DNA from: Anaerolineales bacterium
GTDB lineage: Bacteria > Chloroflexota > Anaerolineae > Anaerolineales > RBG-16-64-43
Assembly (NCBI GenBank): GCA_049516595.1
Contig: JBEKSY010000006.1
Coordinates: 66,621-130,620 of the forward strand
DNA: 64,000 nt
Direction: 5' to 3'
Positions 1-9,492 of the stretch are shown here, one piece after another. A program made the position numbers and the translations under genes. Positions within the stretch are counted from its first letter, which is position 1; each line of letters opens with the position of its first letter. The notes beneath the pieces are model-generated. The model saw only the letters and a list, made by a program, of their open reading frames with translations. It was not told the DNA's origin and ran no database searches.

Positions 1-1
1 A

Positions 2-691
2 AGTTTCAACCAGCCGTGGGGCCTAGCCGTCGGGCCGGACGGATCGGTGTTTGTCGCGGACACCTGGAACTACCGCATACAGAAATTCACGGCCGATGGC
101 CAGTTTGTACGGATGTGGGGGAGTTCAGGGCAGGCGAGTGCCCCCGACGGATTCTATGGCCCTCGAGACGTGGCCGTCGACCCCAAGGGTCGGGTCTTTG
201 TGGCGGACACGGGAAACAAGCGAATTGCCGTGTTTGATGGGGACGGTAATTACCTGACCCAAGTCGGCTCAGGTGGATTTGGGCCCGGTCAATTCGACGA
301 GCCCGTGGGCATCGCCCTGGGACCGGAAGGTGAACTTTACGTGGCCGATACATGGAATCAGCGCGTCCAGGTGTTCCGCGAAACGAGCGCGGACACGTTC
401 ACCTACGATCGGGAGTGGACGATCGCTGGGTGGCAGGGACAGTCGCTGGACAACAAGCCCTACCTCGCCGTCGGGCAGGATGGGCGGGTGTGGGTCACGG
501 ATCCGGAAGCCTACCGAGTGATCGTGTTTGACTCTCAGGGCGGGTTCCTGTTCACCTGGGGAGACTATGGCGAAGGGATGAATGCCTTCCATCTGCCGGT
601 AGGGATCGCGGCGGATTCGCAGGGGGGCGTTTGGGTCACCGATGCGGGCAACGGCCGGGTAATGGAGTTTCAGCCTCCAGCTTCCCCGTAG
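2..691 (+). CDS. NHL-repeat beta-propeller protein, 5'-truncated by the window edge
   Basis: Frame 2 is open from base 2 (SFNQPWGLAVGPDGSVFVADTWNYRIQKF...). The NHL-type pattern (P.G[IV]A.D..G.[VL][FY]VAD..N.R[IV]Q.F) recurs several times. Stop at 689-691 is followed by a hairpin. Confidence 0.85.
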   Translation, partial: SFNQPWGLAVGPDGSVFVADTWNYRIQKFTADGQFVRMWGSSGQASAPDGFYGPRDVAVDPKGRVFVADTGNKRIAVFDGDGNYLTQVGSGGFGPGQFDEPVGIALGPEGELYVADTWNQRVQVFRETSADTFTYDREWTIAGWQGQSLDNKPYLAVGQDGRVWVTDPEAYRVIVFDSQGGFLFTWGDYGEGMNAFHLPVGIAADSQGGVWVTDAGNGRVMEFQPPASP

Positions 692-713
692 GCAGGGGAT
701 AGAGCTAGAACGA

Positions 714-748
714 GCAAGCCGGCGGGGCACCCCCGCCGGTTTGCTTTT
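714..748 (+). terminator. Rho-independent terminator after the NHL gene
   Basis: GCAAGCCGGCGGGG-CAC-CCCCGCCGGTTTGC stem-loop followed by TTTT, about 25 nt after the stop codon. Confidence 0.7.
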
Positions 749-1208
749 GCAGCATTGTTGCAGAAACGTAGCGCTCGTGTCCGGGCGGGATTCGGCAAGG
801 TCCCCTTTCCCTGTGCCCCCGGGAAACTTGGTCCGCGGGGGAATGCTTCCCAGTCTGTTTCTGCCACTCGCGAGGCCCCCTCAGGTGCCCATTCTGTCCA
901 GCCGGTCTCGCGCCCCAAGCCTCCGCCGCGGGCAGACACGCGAGGGGGGATAGCGCAGAAGAGGGGCGATGACGGGCAGGCGCGTTAGGGGGCCGCTTCC
1001 GCTGAACTTCGCCTGGAAGGCGGAGTCGGAAGGATTCCTCGGGGGAGGCCGAGAAGGATGGCAGGAGAAACAGCTCTGCAGAAGAGATTCCGGCCCTTTT
1101 CGGGAGGGCCCGGGGGACGACAGAGGAAGGCGAAATGTTGCGTGACCCGACAAGCTGCAGCGAGTCGCGGCGATCCATCTCAAGCCGCCATTTCGGTCCC
1201 TGCCGGGC

Positions 1209-2261
1209 TCAGGTACTCCGCGGCGGTGTCTGGTCCGAGGCGAGCTGTCCGCAACCCGCCTGGATCTCGATGCCTCGTCGCACGCGAACCGTCACCGGGA
1301 TGCCTTCGCGTTCCAAAGATTCGAGGAAGGCGCGCACGCTCTTACGGTTGGTCGGCATGCCGTGGTATTCTCGGGTCGGGTTCAAAGGAATGAGATTGAC
1401 GTGACAGAGGAGGCCTCGCAGGCGCTGCGCGAGCAAGGTAGCCTGGGCGACGTCGTCGTTGACCCCCTGGATCAGGGCCCACTCAAATGAGATTCTGCGA
1501 TGGGTTGCGTCCACGTACTCCCGGCAGGCTTGCAAGAGGAGGTCAAGCGGGTAGCGCCGGTTGACCGGCAGCAGACGAGAGCGAAGCTCGTCGCTGGCCG
1601 CGTGAAGAGACACAGCCAGGTTGATTTGCCTCCCCTCCTGAGCAAAGCGGCGAATGCCCGGCACGAGTCCTACGGTCGAAATGGTCATACGCCGGGCGCC
1701 AAAGTTCATCCCCTCGGAGTGGTTCAGCGTGTCCAAGGCCCCCAGGGTCGCCTCGTAGTTGTGGAAGGGCTCGCCCATCCCCATTACCACGATATTGGAG
1801 AGCCGTCTTTCCTCCAGCGATAGCCTGCGCGCCAAGTCGAGAACCTGCATAAGGATCTCGCCTCGCGTGAGGTTGCGACCGAAACCCATTTGTCCGGTGG
1901 CGCAAAAGACGCAGCCCATGCCGCAACCGGATTGCGTCGAGATGCAGGCGGTCTGTCTCTGATCATACGCCATCAACACAGTCTCCACGGTTGCGCCATC
2001 CCGCAGTTCAAATAGGATCTTGAGGGTTTTCCCATCGCGAGAGCGAGACTCGCGAAGCGGGCGGATCAGCTGGAAATCGAACGATTGCCCGAGCCGCTCG
2101 CGCAGAGAATCCGGGAGATCGGTCATCTCGGCGGGGGAGGAGGCCCATCGCGAGTAAAGATGGTGCCAGATCTGCCTGGCTCGATAGAGGGGCTGCCCCC
2201 ACTCGGCCAGAGTCAATTCGAGTTGTTCCAGAGTCAGGTCGTGGAGGGCGGCGTGCGGCAT
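1209..2261 (-). CDS. rlmN: 23S rRNA/tRNA adenine-C2 methyltransferase RlmN (radical SAM)
   Basis: 350 aa. Radical-SAM cluster motif CGMGCVFCATG. N-terminal LYRARQIWHHLY and C-terminal GIEIQAGCGQL are typical of RlmN/Cfr. Confidence 0.9.
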   Translation of the reverse strand: MPHAALHDLTLEQLELTLAEWGQPLYRARQIWHHLYSRWASSPAEMTDLPDSLRERLGQSFDFQLIRPLRESRSRDGKTLKILFELRDGATVETVLMAYDQRQTACISTQSGCGMGCVFCATGQMGFGRNLTRGEILMQVLDLARRLSLEERRLSNIVVMGMGEPFHNYEATLGALDTLNHSEGMNFGARRMTISTVGLVPGIRRFAQEGRQINLAVSLHAASDELRSRLLPVNRRYPLDLLLQACREYVDATHRRISFEWALIQGVNDDVAQATLLAQRLRGLLCHVNLIPLNPTREYHGMPTNRKSVRAFLESLEREGIPVTVRVRRGIEIQAGCGQLASDQTPPRST

Positions 2262-2289
2262 GAGGAGCTCAGGGCGGGGGAGCTGTGCC

Positions 2290-3129
2290 TCAATGGGAGG
2301 TGAGCTGCAAGTTCCATTCTCGGATCAATTCGGGAAGTCCCGCGAAAACCCACGTTGGCCGTGTCGCCCAAGCCCGCAGTTGGGCGGCGGTGGTTACCCC
2401 GCTGAGCACAAGGATGCTTGGGATCCCCGCCCTTTGGGCACCCAGGATGTCCGTCTCCAGGCGATCTCCCAGCGCCGCCGTCTGGCGCGCCGGTTCACCC
2501 AGCCGCTCGATCGCCAGCTGGTACATGAGCGGCTCGGGCTTCCCGATGATCGTGGGCCTCGAGCCCGAGGCCGTCTCAAGGGCCGCCAGAATTGCGCCGT
2601 TCCCCTGGATAATCCCACGCTCCGTGGGGAATGTGGCATCGTCGTTGGTGCCAATGAAACCGGCCCCGCGGCGCAAGTTGAGGGTTGCCCCGGAAAGCTT
2701 TTCCCAGCTCAGTTCGCGATCCATTCCGCACACGACAAAATCCGCATCCGTGTCCTCGAGACCGGCGATCCGGAATCCCTCGGCGGCCAGAGCGGCTCGG
2801 ATTCCCTCTTCGCCGACCACGAAGATCTTGGCACCGGAATGAGCGGTCTTGGCCAGATACTTCGCGGTCGCCTGAGCCGAGGTCAGGATTTCTTCGGCTT
2901 GCACCTGCGCCCCCAGGCCGATGAGCTTCTGCTGGTACGACCTGGGCGTCAGCGTCGGGTTATTTGTGGCCAGGACAAAGCGGATGCCCGCGCTTCGGAG
3001 GAATCCGAAGAACTCAATGAATCCGCGGTTGGCGGTGGAGCCGTGCCAGAGGACTCCGTCCATGTCGATGATCAAGGCCCGGATGTCGGCCAAGCCGAGG
3101 ACCGCCTCCGGGCCGGTCGTGGATTCCAT
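2290..3129 (-). CDS. HAD-superfamily hydrolase, subfamily IIA (NagD-like sugar phosphatase)
   Basis: Motif I IIDMDGVLW. FVLATNN, GKPEP and GDRLETDI are typical of HAD-IIA. The start is either GTG at 3141 (track) or ATG at 3129. Confidence 0.8.
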   Translation of the reverse strand: MESTTGPEAVLGLADIRALIIDMDGVLWHGSTANRGFIEFFGFLRSAGIRFVLATNNPTLTPRSYQQKLIGLGAQVQAEEILTSAQATAKYLAKTAHSGAKIFVVGEEGIRAALAAEGFRIAGLEDTDADFVVCGMDRELSWEKLSGATLNLRRGAGFIGTNDDATFPTERGIIQGNGAILAALETASGSRPTIIGKPEPLMYQLAIERLGEPARQTAALGDRLETDILGAQRAGIPSILVLSGVTTAAQLRAWATRPTWVFAGLPELIREWNLQLTSH

Positions 3130-3151
3130 GGGGAAAACCACCTGCCAGCGA

Positions 3152-3775
3152 CTACTTCACCTTGCTCGTTTGTTTCTCCCGTTCCTCCAGGACTCGATCC
3201 ACGATCCCATACTTCACGGCTCCCTCCGCGTCCATGTAGTAGTCGCGCTCGGTGTCGCGCTCAATCACCTCGAGGGTTTGGCCGGTGTGCTTGACCATAA
3301 TGGTATTGAGACGATCGCGAAGCCGTAGAATTTCCTTGGCCTGTATCTCGATGTCGGACGCTTGACCCTGGGCGCCGCCAAGGGGTTGGTGCAGGTGAAC
3401 CGTCGCATGCGGCAAGGCAAAGCGCGAGCCGTGGGTCCCGGCTGCCAGGAGAACCGTTCCAAAGGAGGCCGTCACCCCGACGGCATAGGTCTCAATGGGA
3501 TTGGAGATCTGCTGCATCGTGTCGTAGATGGCAAGCCCTGAGTAAATTCCACCCCCTGGGCAGTTGATCCACATCTGGATTTCTTTTTCGGAATCCTCAC
3601 GATTCAGGTACAGTAATTGGGCAACCACCAGGTTGGCGATTTGGTCGTTAATCGGCGTTCCGAGGAATATGATCCGTTCTCGGAGCAACAGCGAGTAGAT
3701 GTCATACGCGCGCTCGCCGCGACTAGTGGTCTCAATCACCATGGGGATAAGAGACGTCGGACTTGGGAGAGTCAT
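3152..3775 (-). CDS. clpP: ATP-dependent Clp protease proteolytic subunit
   Basis: 207 aa with [27 protein letters not shown]...[19 protein letters not shown] and catalytic-Ser context [14 protein letters not shown]. Its start overlaps the tig stop (ATGA). Confidence 0.95.
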   Translation of the reverse strand: MTLPSPTSLIPMVIETTSRGERAYDIYSLLLRERIIFLGTPINDQIANLVVAQLLYLNREDSEKEIQMWINCPGGGIYSGLAIYDTMQQISNPIETYAVGVTASFGTVLLAAGTHGSRFALPHATVHLHQPLGGAQGQASDIEIQAKEILRLRDRLNTIMVKHTGQTLEVIERDTERDYYMDAEGAVKYGIVDRVLEEREKQTSKVK

Positions 3776-5187
3776 TCTGTACCTCCGTTAGGCGGCATAG
3801 GCTCGGACGGGGGGGGTTCTGTGGCGGCTTGGGCCAGATCCTCACGGGCTTGGAGAGGAGGTGCCTCCCCCTTCCCGATAGCGATTATCCTTTCAACTAC
3901 CCTGTCATTGAGCAGGTCCTCGTAGATGATCTCGTGGAGAGCGGGATCCCGAAGCATCTGCTCCAACTGTTTTGGATCCGCCTTACTTTGCACCGAAGCG
4001 AGGGTGTTGCGCACTCGCTGGTCAACATCCTCCTCCGGGACCTCGAGCTGTTCCTTCTGGGCAAGGTCGGCTAGGTATAACCCACGGGTGAGACGCTCGC
4101 GCGCTCTGGGCTCTAGCTCTTTTTCCAGGCCCGGGCGGCCTTCCGGGCGACCTTTCAAATACGTATCCAAGGTGACGCCTTCCCGCTCCAGGGAGCGGGC
4201 AAGGGACTTGACCATCTTGTCGATCTCCTCCCGCAAGATGGCACTTGGGTAGCGGACGGATCCTCCCCGGATCATCTGATCGATAACCCGGCTTGCATAT
4301 TCCCCCTCCGCATCGCGTTTCACTTTCGCCTCGAGGCTGGTCCGCACCCCGGTCTGCAGCTCCTCGACTGTAGAGTACTCACTCACGGACTTGACGAGAT
4401 CCTCGCTCCACTCAGGGACGCGGCGGGCCTTGACGGCAAGGCAGGTGAGGGATAGGCGGGCATGAACCCCCTGCAAGGTCGAGACGGGGAAGGACTCTGG
4501 GTAGGTGAATTCAATCTCGCGGCTTTCGCCCTCGCGGACGCCGAAGATGGCCGCGCCAGCCCCAGGGAATCTCCCGCCCACGTCTTCCGAGAGTTCCACT
4601 TCCTCGCCTGATTGGTTGTCGGGGCCCGCCTTCATGGCGGCGGGCAGAGGGGAAAGCTTCCCCTCCGGGTCCAGCGCTTGAACTTGAATCTTGGCGACCA
4701 AGACGTCCCCCTCCTGGGCCGGGCGAGAGACCGGCTCCAGGATCGTTTGGGATTGCCGCAAGTTCTCCATCATTCGCTCAACATCCTCGGTGGGCACTGG
4801 CGCCATCGCGAAGGGGACGCGAACTTGGCGATAGTCGCCCAAAACCACTTCGGGCTGAAGAGGAACCGTAAATTTCAGCACCAGCGGTTCCCGAGAAACG
4901 ATATCCTCCAAAGTCCCCGCCCGGGCCGGACTCAATCCACTCTCGTCGAGGGCCTTGCGGTACACCTCTGGGCCGAGCAAGTCCACCGCCTTATCGAAGA
5001 CCGCTTCCTGGCCAAGGTGCGAGAGAACCACGGAGTAGGGGGCTTTCCCCTTTCGAAAGCCAGGGATGCTTGCCCGGTCGGCCAGCTTCCGCGCGGCCCG
5101 CTTCATGGCCCCCTCGAGGATCTCTGCTTCGGCCTCGACCGTGAGGGTAGCCTCGCACTCCCCCGTCTGTTCGACCTGGGTCTTCAT
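3772..5187 (-). CDS. tig: Trigger factor (ribosome-associated PPIase chaperone)
   Basis: [22 protein letters not shown]...[14 protein letters not shown] matches the trigger-factor N-terminal signature. The track ORF extends to 5277, but that extension runs up to the tRNA, so I prefer ATG 5187. Confidence 0.9.
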   Translation of the reverse strand: MKTQVEQTGECEATLTVEAEAEILEGAMKRAARKLADRASIPGFRKGKAPYSVVLSHLGQEAVFDKAVDLLGPEVYRKALDESGLSPARAGTLEDIVSREPLVLKFTVPLQPEVVLGDYRQVRVPFAMAPVPTEDVERMMENLRQSQTILEPVSRPAQEGDVLVAKIQVQALDPEGKLSPLPAAMKAGPDNQSGEEVELSEDVGGRFPGAGAAIFGVREGESREIEFTYPESFPVSTLQGVHARLSLTCLAVKARRVPEWSEDLVKSVSEYSTVEELQTGVRTSLEAKVKRDAEGEYASRVIDQMIRGGSVRYPSAILREEIDKMVKSLARSLEREGVTLDTYLKGRPEGRPGLEKELEPRARERLTRGLYLADLAQKEQLEVPEEDVDQRVRNTLASVQSKADPKQLEQMLRDPALHEIIYEDLLNDRVVERIIAIGKGEAPPLQAREDLAQAATEPPPSEPMPPNGGTE

Positions 5188-5284
5188 ACGGTCCTGCATT
5201 TTCCTTTCTGTGCGAGATAAGCCGGGCATGTTGCCGCGAGATCCGATCTCGGCTTGCCCGGCGAAGACGACCAGCACGATAGGC

Positions 5285-5369
5285 TGGTGGGGAAGGAGGG
5301 ACTTGAACCCTCACGCCTCGCGGCACATGATCCTAAGTCATGCCTGTCTGCCAGTTCCAGCACTTCCCC
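5285..5369 (-). tRNA. tRNA-Leu, anticodon UAG, class II (long variable arm), CCA encoded
   Basis: Reverse complement reads GGGGAAG-TG-CTGGAACTGGCAGAC-A-GGCATGA-CTTAGGA-TCATGTG-CCGCGAGGCGT-GAGGG-TTCAAGT-CCCTC-CTTCCCC-A-CCA. The acceptor stem (GGGGAAG/CTTCCCC) is perfect, the T-loop is GGTTCAAGTCC, and the anticodon loop is CT-TAG-GA. Confidence 0.93.
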
Positions 5370-5534
5370 GTAAAGCGGATTATAACCGGGGCCAAGGCCA
5401 AGGTAAAGGTAAAGAGGCTTGACCACCGCGGGAGCCGATCGGGTGTTTCGCGTCGAGAGAGTCCAAGACTTCCTGTCGGCCCACTCCCCCGGGGTACGCC
5501 AGGGCCGGGAGAATCCGGAAGAAAGAGGCGGAAG

Positions 5535-8141
5535 ATGGAGCTAGGCACAGTCCAAAGAGTCGACATCGACGAAGAAGTCCAGCAGGCCTATCTCGATTAT
5601 GCGATGAGCGTCATCGTGGCGCGTGCCTTGCCCGACGCGCGGGATGGCCTTAAGCCCGTGCAGCGCCGAATCCTGTACGCCATGCACGACCTGAATATCC
5701 ATCCAGGAGGGGGCTTCAAAAAGTCGGCGCGCATCGTAGGCGAGGTCCTCGGGAAATATCATCCCCATGGGGATATGGCGGTGTACGAAGCCATGGCGCG
5801 GATGGCTCAGGATTTCTCCCTGCGCTACCCCCTGGTCGAGGGCCAGGGCAACTTCGGGTCGGTGGATGGAGATGCCCCGGCCGCCATGCGTTACACCGAG
5901 GCCCGGCTGGCCCCACTTGCCGTTTCGATGCTGGCCGACCTCGACAGGGAAACGGTCCCCTTCGCCCCCAACTTCGACGCCACTCTGCAGGAGCCGCAAG
6001 TCCTGCCCTCCGCCGCTCCGAATCTGCTGATCAACGGGGCCACAGGGATTGCGGTGGGCATGGCGACCTCCATTCCGCCTCACAATCTGGGAGAGGTGTG
6101 CGAGGCCCTCGTTTTCATGCTCCGCTCGTGGACGCGGACCAAAGAGATATCCACGGATGAGTTGCTGAAGTTCGTGAAAGGGCCGGATTTCCCAACCGGC
6201 GGACTGATCCTCGATCGGCCCGGCCGGGAGGAGGGACTCTCGGCTGCCTATGGATCGGGACGGGGCAAAATCAAAGTGCGGGCCAAGGTCCACTGGGAGG
6301 ACCCCGGCAAAGGGCGGGCCCGTCTGCTGGTCACCGAGCTACCCTACCAGGTGAACAAGTCCGCTCTGCTAGAGAGGATTGCGGAACTCGTGCGCGCGGG
6401 CGGATTGGAGGGAATTGCCGATCTGAGAGATGAGTCTGATCGGCAGGGAATGCGCATCGTGATCGAGCTGACCCGCTCAGCGGATGCAGAAAGCGTGTTG
6501 CGGAATCTGTTCCAGCACACCCCGATGGAAACCACCTTCAGCATCATCCTCTTGGCCTTGGTTCAAGGCGAGCCCAGACTGCTCTCGCTCAAACAGGCCT
6601 TACGAGTGTTCCTCGACCATAGGCTGGGAGTAATCCAGAACCGGAGCCAGTTCGATCTGGCCCGGGCCCGCGAAAGGGCTCACATCCTCCAGGGTCTGCG
6701 CGTGGCCTTGAAGAATCTAGAGGAAGTCATCCGGCTGATTCGCAACGCGCGCACGGCCGAGGACGCGTGCGGGCGCCTGCAGAAACGCTATCGGCTCACC
6801 CAGGCCCAGGCCGAGGCGATTCTAGACATGCCTCTCCGAAGGCTGGCCTCGCTGGAGCGCGAGAAGATCGAGCAAGAATACAAAGAAAAGGTCGCGCTCA
6901 TGGCCTCCCTGGAGCGAGTCCTCGGCTCCCCGAAGCTGCAAAGAGAGGCCCTGATCGAGGAACTCAGGCAGCTGCAGCAGCGCTTCGGAGATGGTCGTCG
7001 GACGGCGATCCTGCGCGATGGGGACAAGCTGCGGAACCTGCCCATCGCCGCGCAGGCGGATCATCCCGAGGAGAGCGTCTGGCTGACCCTGACCGATACG
7101 GGCTTGCTCTCGCGCGGGGGCTCTTCCCGCCAGTCGCTCCAGCTTCCCCATGCCCCCCTCAAAGCTGTGCTTCGGGCGAGCACACGGGATACCCTTTACC
7201 TGCTCACCGAAAAGGGAAGGCTGGCCGGGATTCCAATCGAGGCGGTGCCCGAGCGAGAAGCTCATGAGCCCGGTGTGCACTTTTCGACCCTTTGCGGGCT
7301 GGAAGGGCCAAGCAAAGTTGAGTGTGCGGTGAGCGTGCCGCCTTCCTCGAAGGATCGGGAGGGCTACCTTACATTGGTCACGAGACGAGGGATGGTCAAG
7401 AAATCGCGCCTTCAGGATCTCCCCCGGCCCTCTCCGCAGGTTGTCTCAGCCATCAAGATCGCGCCCCAGGATGCGCTGGGTTGGGCAGCCGCAACGAGTG
7501 GAAAGGATGAGTTGCTCCTCCTGACCTCGGCGGGCATGAGCATCCGCTTCAGCGAGCAGGAGGTTCGGCCCTTGGGACTCTCTGCCGCCGGCGTTCTGGC
7601 GGTCCGGCTGGGTCGTGGTGGCGATCAGGTTGCCTGGGCAGGGGTGATTCAGCCCAGGTGCGATCTCCTCATGATAGGGGAGGATGGCTACGCGAGGAGA
7701 ACGTCTATCACAGAGTTTCCCCTGCAAGGGCGGCACGGGGTGGGGACGAGAGCCTGGAAGGCCAAACCCGGAGTCCGTCTGGTGGGTGCGGTCGCGGGCC
7801 GGGCGAACACGCGAATCCTCCTTTGCCTGCGCGATGGCTCCGCGCAAAGCGCACGGCTTGGAGATTTCTCCCGTCACAAGCGGACCTCGGAGGCCTCCAG
7901 CGCCGTGAAGCTCGGGAGAGGGCTGCGGATCGCTGCGGTGATCGCATTGGAGAGCCCGCCATTGGGCGCGGATGCGGCCCGGCGCCCTTCTTCCGGTGCC
8001 GGGCACAAACCCAGAGGGCACGGCCGGCCTCAATTGGGCCGGGGGAAACTTGCGGCGCACCCAGACAACATGGCACGGAAATCGAAGCGGGATGGGAAGG
8101 GAAAAGCCTCAGGCCCGACGAGGGGCGACCGAGGCCAATAA
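5535..8141 (+). CDS. Type IIA topoisomerase subunit A (GyrA/ParC family)
   Basis: [32 protein letters not shown]...GKYHPHGD...[10 protein letters not shown] (catalytic Tyr). ATG at 5535 is preceded by GAAAGAGGCGGAAG. The track ORF start at 5340 overlaps the tRNA. Confidence 0.9.
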   Translation: MELGTVQRVDIDEEVQQAYLDYAMSVIVARALPDARDGLKPVQRRILYAMHDLNIHPGGGFKKSARIVGEVLGKYHPHGDMAVYEAMARMAQDFSLRYPLVEGQGNFGSVDGDAPAAMRYTEARLAPLAVSMLADLDRETVPFAPNFDATLQEPQVLPSAAPNLLINGATGIAVGMATSIPPHNLGEVCEALVFMLRSWTRTKEISTDELLKFVKGPDFPTGGLILDRPGREEGLSAAYGSGRGKIKVRAKVHWEDPGKGRARLLVTELPYQVNKSALLERIAELVRAGGLEGIADLRDESDRQGMRIVIELTRSADAESVLRNLFQHTPMETTFSIILLALVQGEPRLLSLKQALRVFLDHRLGVIQNRSQFDLARARERAHILQGLRVALKNLEEVIRLIRNARTAEDACGRLQKRYRLTQAQAEAILDMPLRRLASLEREKIEQEYKEKVALMASLERVLGSPKLQREALIEELRQLQQRFGDGRRTAILRDGDKLRNLPIAAQADHPEESVWLTLTDTGLLSRGGSSRQSLQLPHAPLKAVLRASTRDTLYLLTEKGRLAGIPIEAVPEREAHEPGVHFSTLCGLEGPSKVECAVSVPPSSKDREGYLTLVTRRGMVKKSRLQDLPRPSPQVVSAIKIAPQDALGWAAATSGKDELLLLTSAGMSIRFSEQEVRPLGLSAAGVLAVRLGRGGDQVAWAGVIQPRCDLLMIGEDGYARRTSITEFPLQGRHGVGTRAWKAKPGVRLVGAVAGRANTRILLCLRDGSAQSARLGDFSRHKRTSEASSAVKLGRGLRIAAVIALESPPLGADAARRPSSGAGHKPRGHGRPQLGRGKLAAHPDNMARKSKRDGKGKASGPTRGDRGQ

Positions 8142-8154
8142 GGACCCGGACCGG

Positions 8155-9258
8155 TTAGGAGGGCGAGATGGTGAAGTACGCGTAGTGATACTGAATCAGG
8201 TTGTCTCGCATGCCCAGGGTGTCGTTCCCGTCCAGTACTCGGCCAGCGATGCTGGTCGCGGTCCAGGTGAAATGCCGCGAATTCCCGTCTCCACTTCGAC
8301 CGGTGATCGCGAACTGGCCGCTGGGCAGCAAGTTGGTCAGAAGATCCTGATACCAGGCGGTTATCGGCGTCGAACCCACGACCGTGCGTGCGGCAGTGAC
8401 CTGAGCCGCATTGCTCTGATAGAGGGCGAGAATGGTCGGGACATCGTGTGAGTTCCAGGCCGCGACCAGACGGTCCACCATGTCGGTGGGGGCGGGTGCC
8501 TGGCCCCACTTGAAGTTCGCCACCGAATTCCACCAGTCGATGTAGGCGGGTTGGGTGGCCCAATCCCAGGCGAAGAAGTTTGCCCCGGTGAGCTTGAGCG
8601 CCACGGCCTCCTGGAGGAATTGGGTGAGCTCGGTTCCCTTCGGCTTCCAGCCGGAAGTCGTGTAGGCAGGTCCGGTCGGAACGACCGGGAGGGAGGGCTT
8701 CAAGGCCTTCAGCTCCTTGACCGACTCCTGCAACTGGTACTGCGGGTTGTGAGCCTGCTCCCAGTAAACCTGGGGCATGTTGAAGTCGCATTTCTCTAGG
8801 AACGCCGTCCAGGGGAAGAGTTGATGATAGTTCGGATAGCGAAAGGAGCTCAGCGCAATGGGAAGGTGGGGAAGACCGGAGCGTAGCTGCTTCATGTACG
8901 TGCGCGCCACCACATCTTTGCCCTTTTTCTCGAACTCCATCTCCGCATCGATCACGTAACCATCCAAACCGAGCTGGAGGGTGCGACTCGCCGCCAGCTT
9001 CGCCTCACCCACTGGATCGTTGCCGTAGATGTAGTGCCAGCCCCAGGGGCTGATGCCTCGGGCCCGGAGCTCGGAGACCACGGGGGGCAACAGGTCATGG
9101 CCCTTCGAGTCGATGTTGAAGGCCCAGGTTCCATCGCCGATCTTGAGGAGAACATGCGACAGCCCGGCTTGGGCGGCACGCGAAGCGATCTTGGCTGCGT
9201 CTCCCTTTTCACAGTTCGGGATCTGCCAGGTGAAGAAACCCTTTCCAACCAGCGCCAT
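8155..9258 (-). CDS. Hypothetical protein: TIM-barrel glycosidase-like N-domain fused to a SnoaL/NTF2-like C-domain
   Basis: The N-part has alternating beta/alpha character (GFFTWQIPN..., HVLLKIGDG, GYVIDAEMEFE, MPQVYWE). The C-part (MVDRLVAAWNSHDVPTILALY...) resembles NTF2-like folds. ATG 9258 is preceded by GCGGAGGAAGGC. The family assignment is pattern recognition only. Confidence 0.6.
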   Translation of the reverse strand: MALVGKGFFTWQIPNCEKGDAAKIASRAAQAGLSHVLLKIGDGTWAFNIDSKGHDLLPPVVSELRARGISPWGWHYIYGNDPVGEAKLAASRTLQLGLDGYVIDAEMEFEKKGKDVVARTYMKQLRSGLPHLPIALSSFRYPNYHQLFPWTAFLEKCDFNMPQVYWEQAHNPQYQLQESVKELKALKPSLPVVPTGPAYTTSGWKPKGTELTQFLQEAVALKLTGANFFAWDWATQPAYIDWWNSVANFKWGQAPAPTDMVDRLVAAWNSHDVPTILALYQSNAAQVTAARTVVGSTPITAWYQDLLTNLLPSGQFAITGRSGDGNSRHFTWTATSIAGRVLDGNDTLGMRDNLIQYHYAYFTISPS

Positions 9259-9359
9259 GCCTTCCTCCGCTGCTTGAGATGAACCCAAGAGGCCCGGGAT
9301 CGAGTTGCGTTGCGGTGCGACCTGCCGGTCTCACCCCCTTTAGGCTCTTGACATTCAAG

Positions 9360-9375
9360 TGCAAATTGCGTGCCA
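9360..9375 (-). promoter_or_regulatory. Sigma-54 (-24/-12) promoter, perfect consensus
   Basis: The minus strand reads TGGCACGCAATTTGCA (TGGCAC-N5-TTGCA). It is intergenic, about 100 nt upstream of ATG 9258, in the correct orientation. Confidence 0.7.
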
Positions 9376-9492
9376 GGTCCTGGTCGGGTTGGGCCTCTCC
9401 GGGGGAACCCAAGATCGAGCAAGCCGCGGGTGTGGAGCGGGGGATGATAGCGGTTTCCCGGCGGTATACTAAGCGTGTCGCCTGGGTCGTCA

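Noticed and set aside
2260-3294. A 344-aa plus-strand ORF, and similar ORFs at 23766-24974 (-), 26830-27933 (+), 46204-47085 (+), 55886-56773 (-) and 50777-51892 (-).
   Set aside because: All are antisense to genes with strong family signatures (HAD, the lyase, ftsZ, the GT-B gene, btuC, MBL). They have non-protein-like composition.
5340-5534. The N-terminal 65 codons of the track's gyrA-like ORF. Comparable upstream extensions occur on rpoN (41998-42159), the response regulator (38615-39145), the S1 gene (14286-14588), the GT-B gene (47482-48102), valS (50307-50435) and the lyase (23436-23879).
   Set aside because: The extensions overlap a tRNA, a riboswitch, neighbouring genes or promoters. 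They are Arg/Pro/Gly-rich, and better starts with SD sequences exist downstream.
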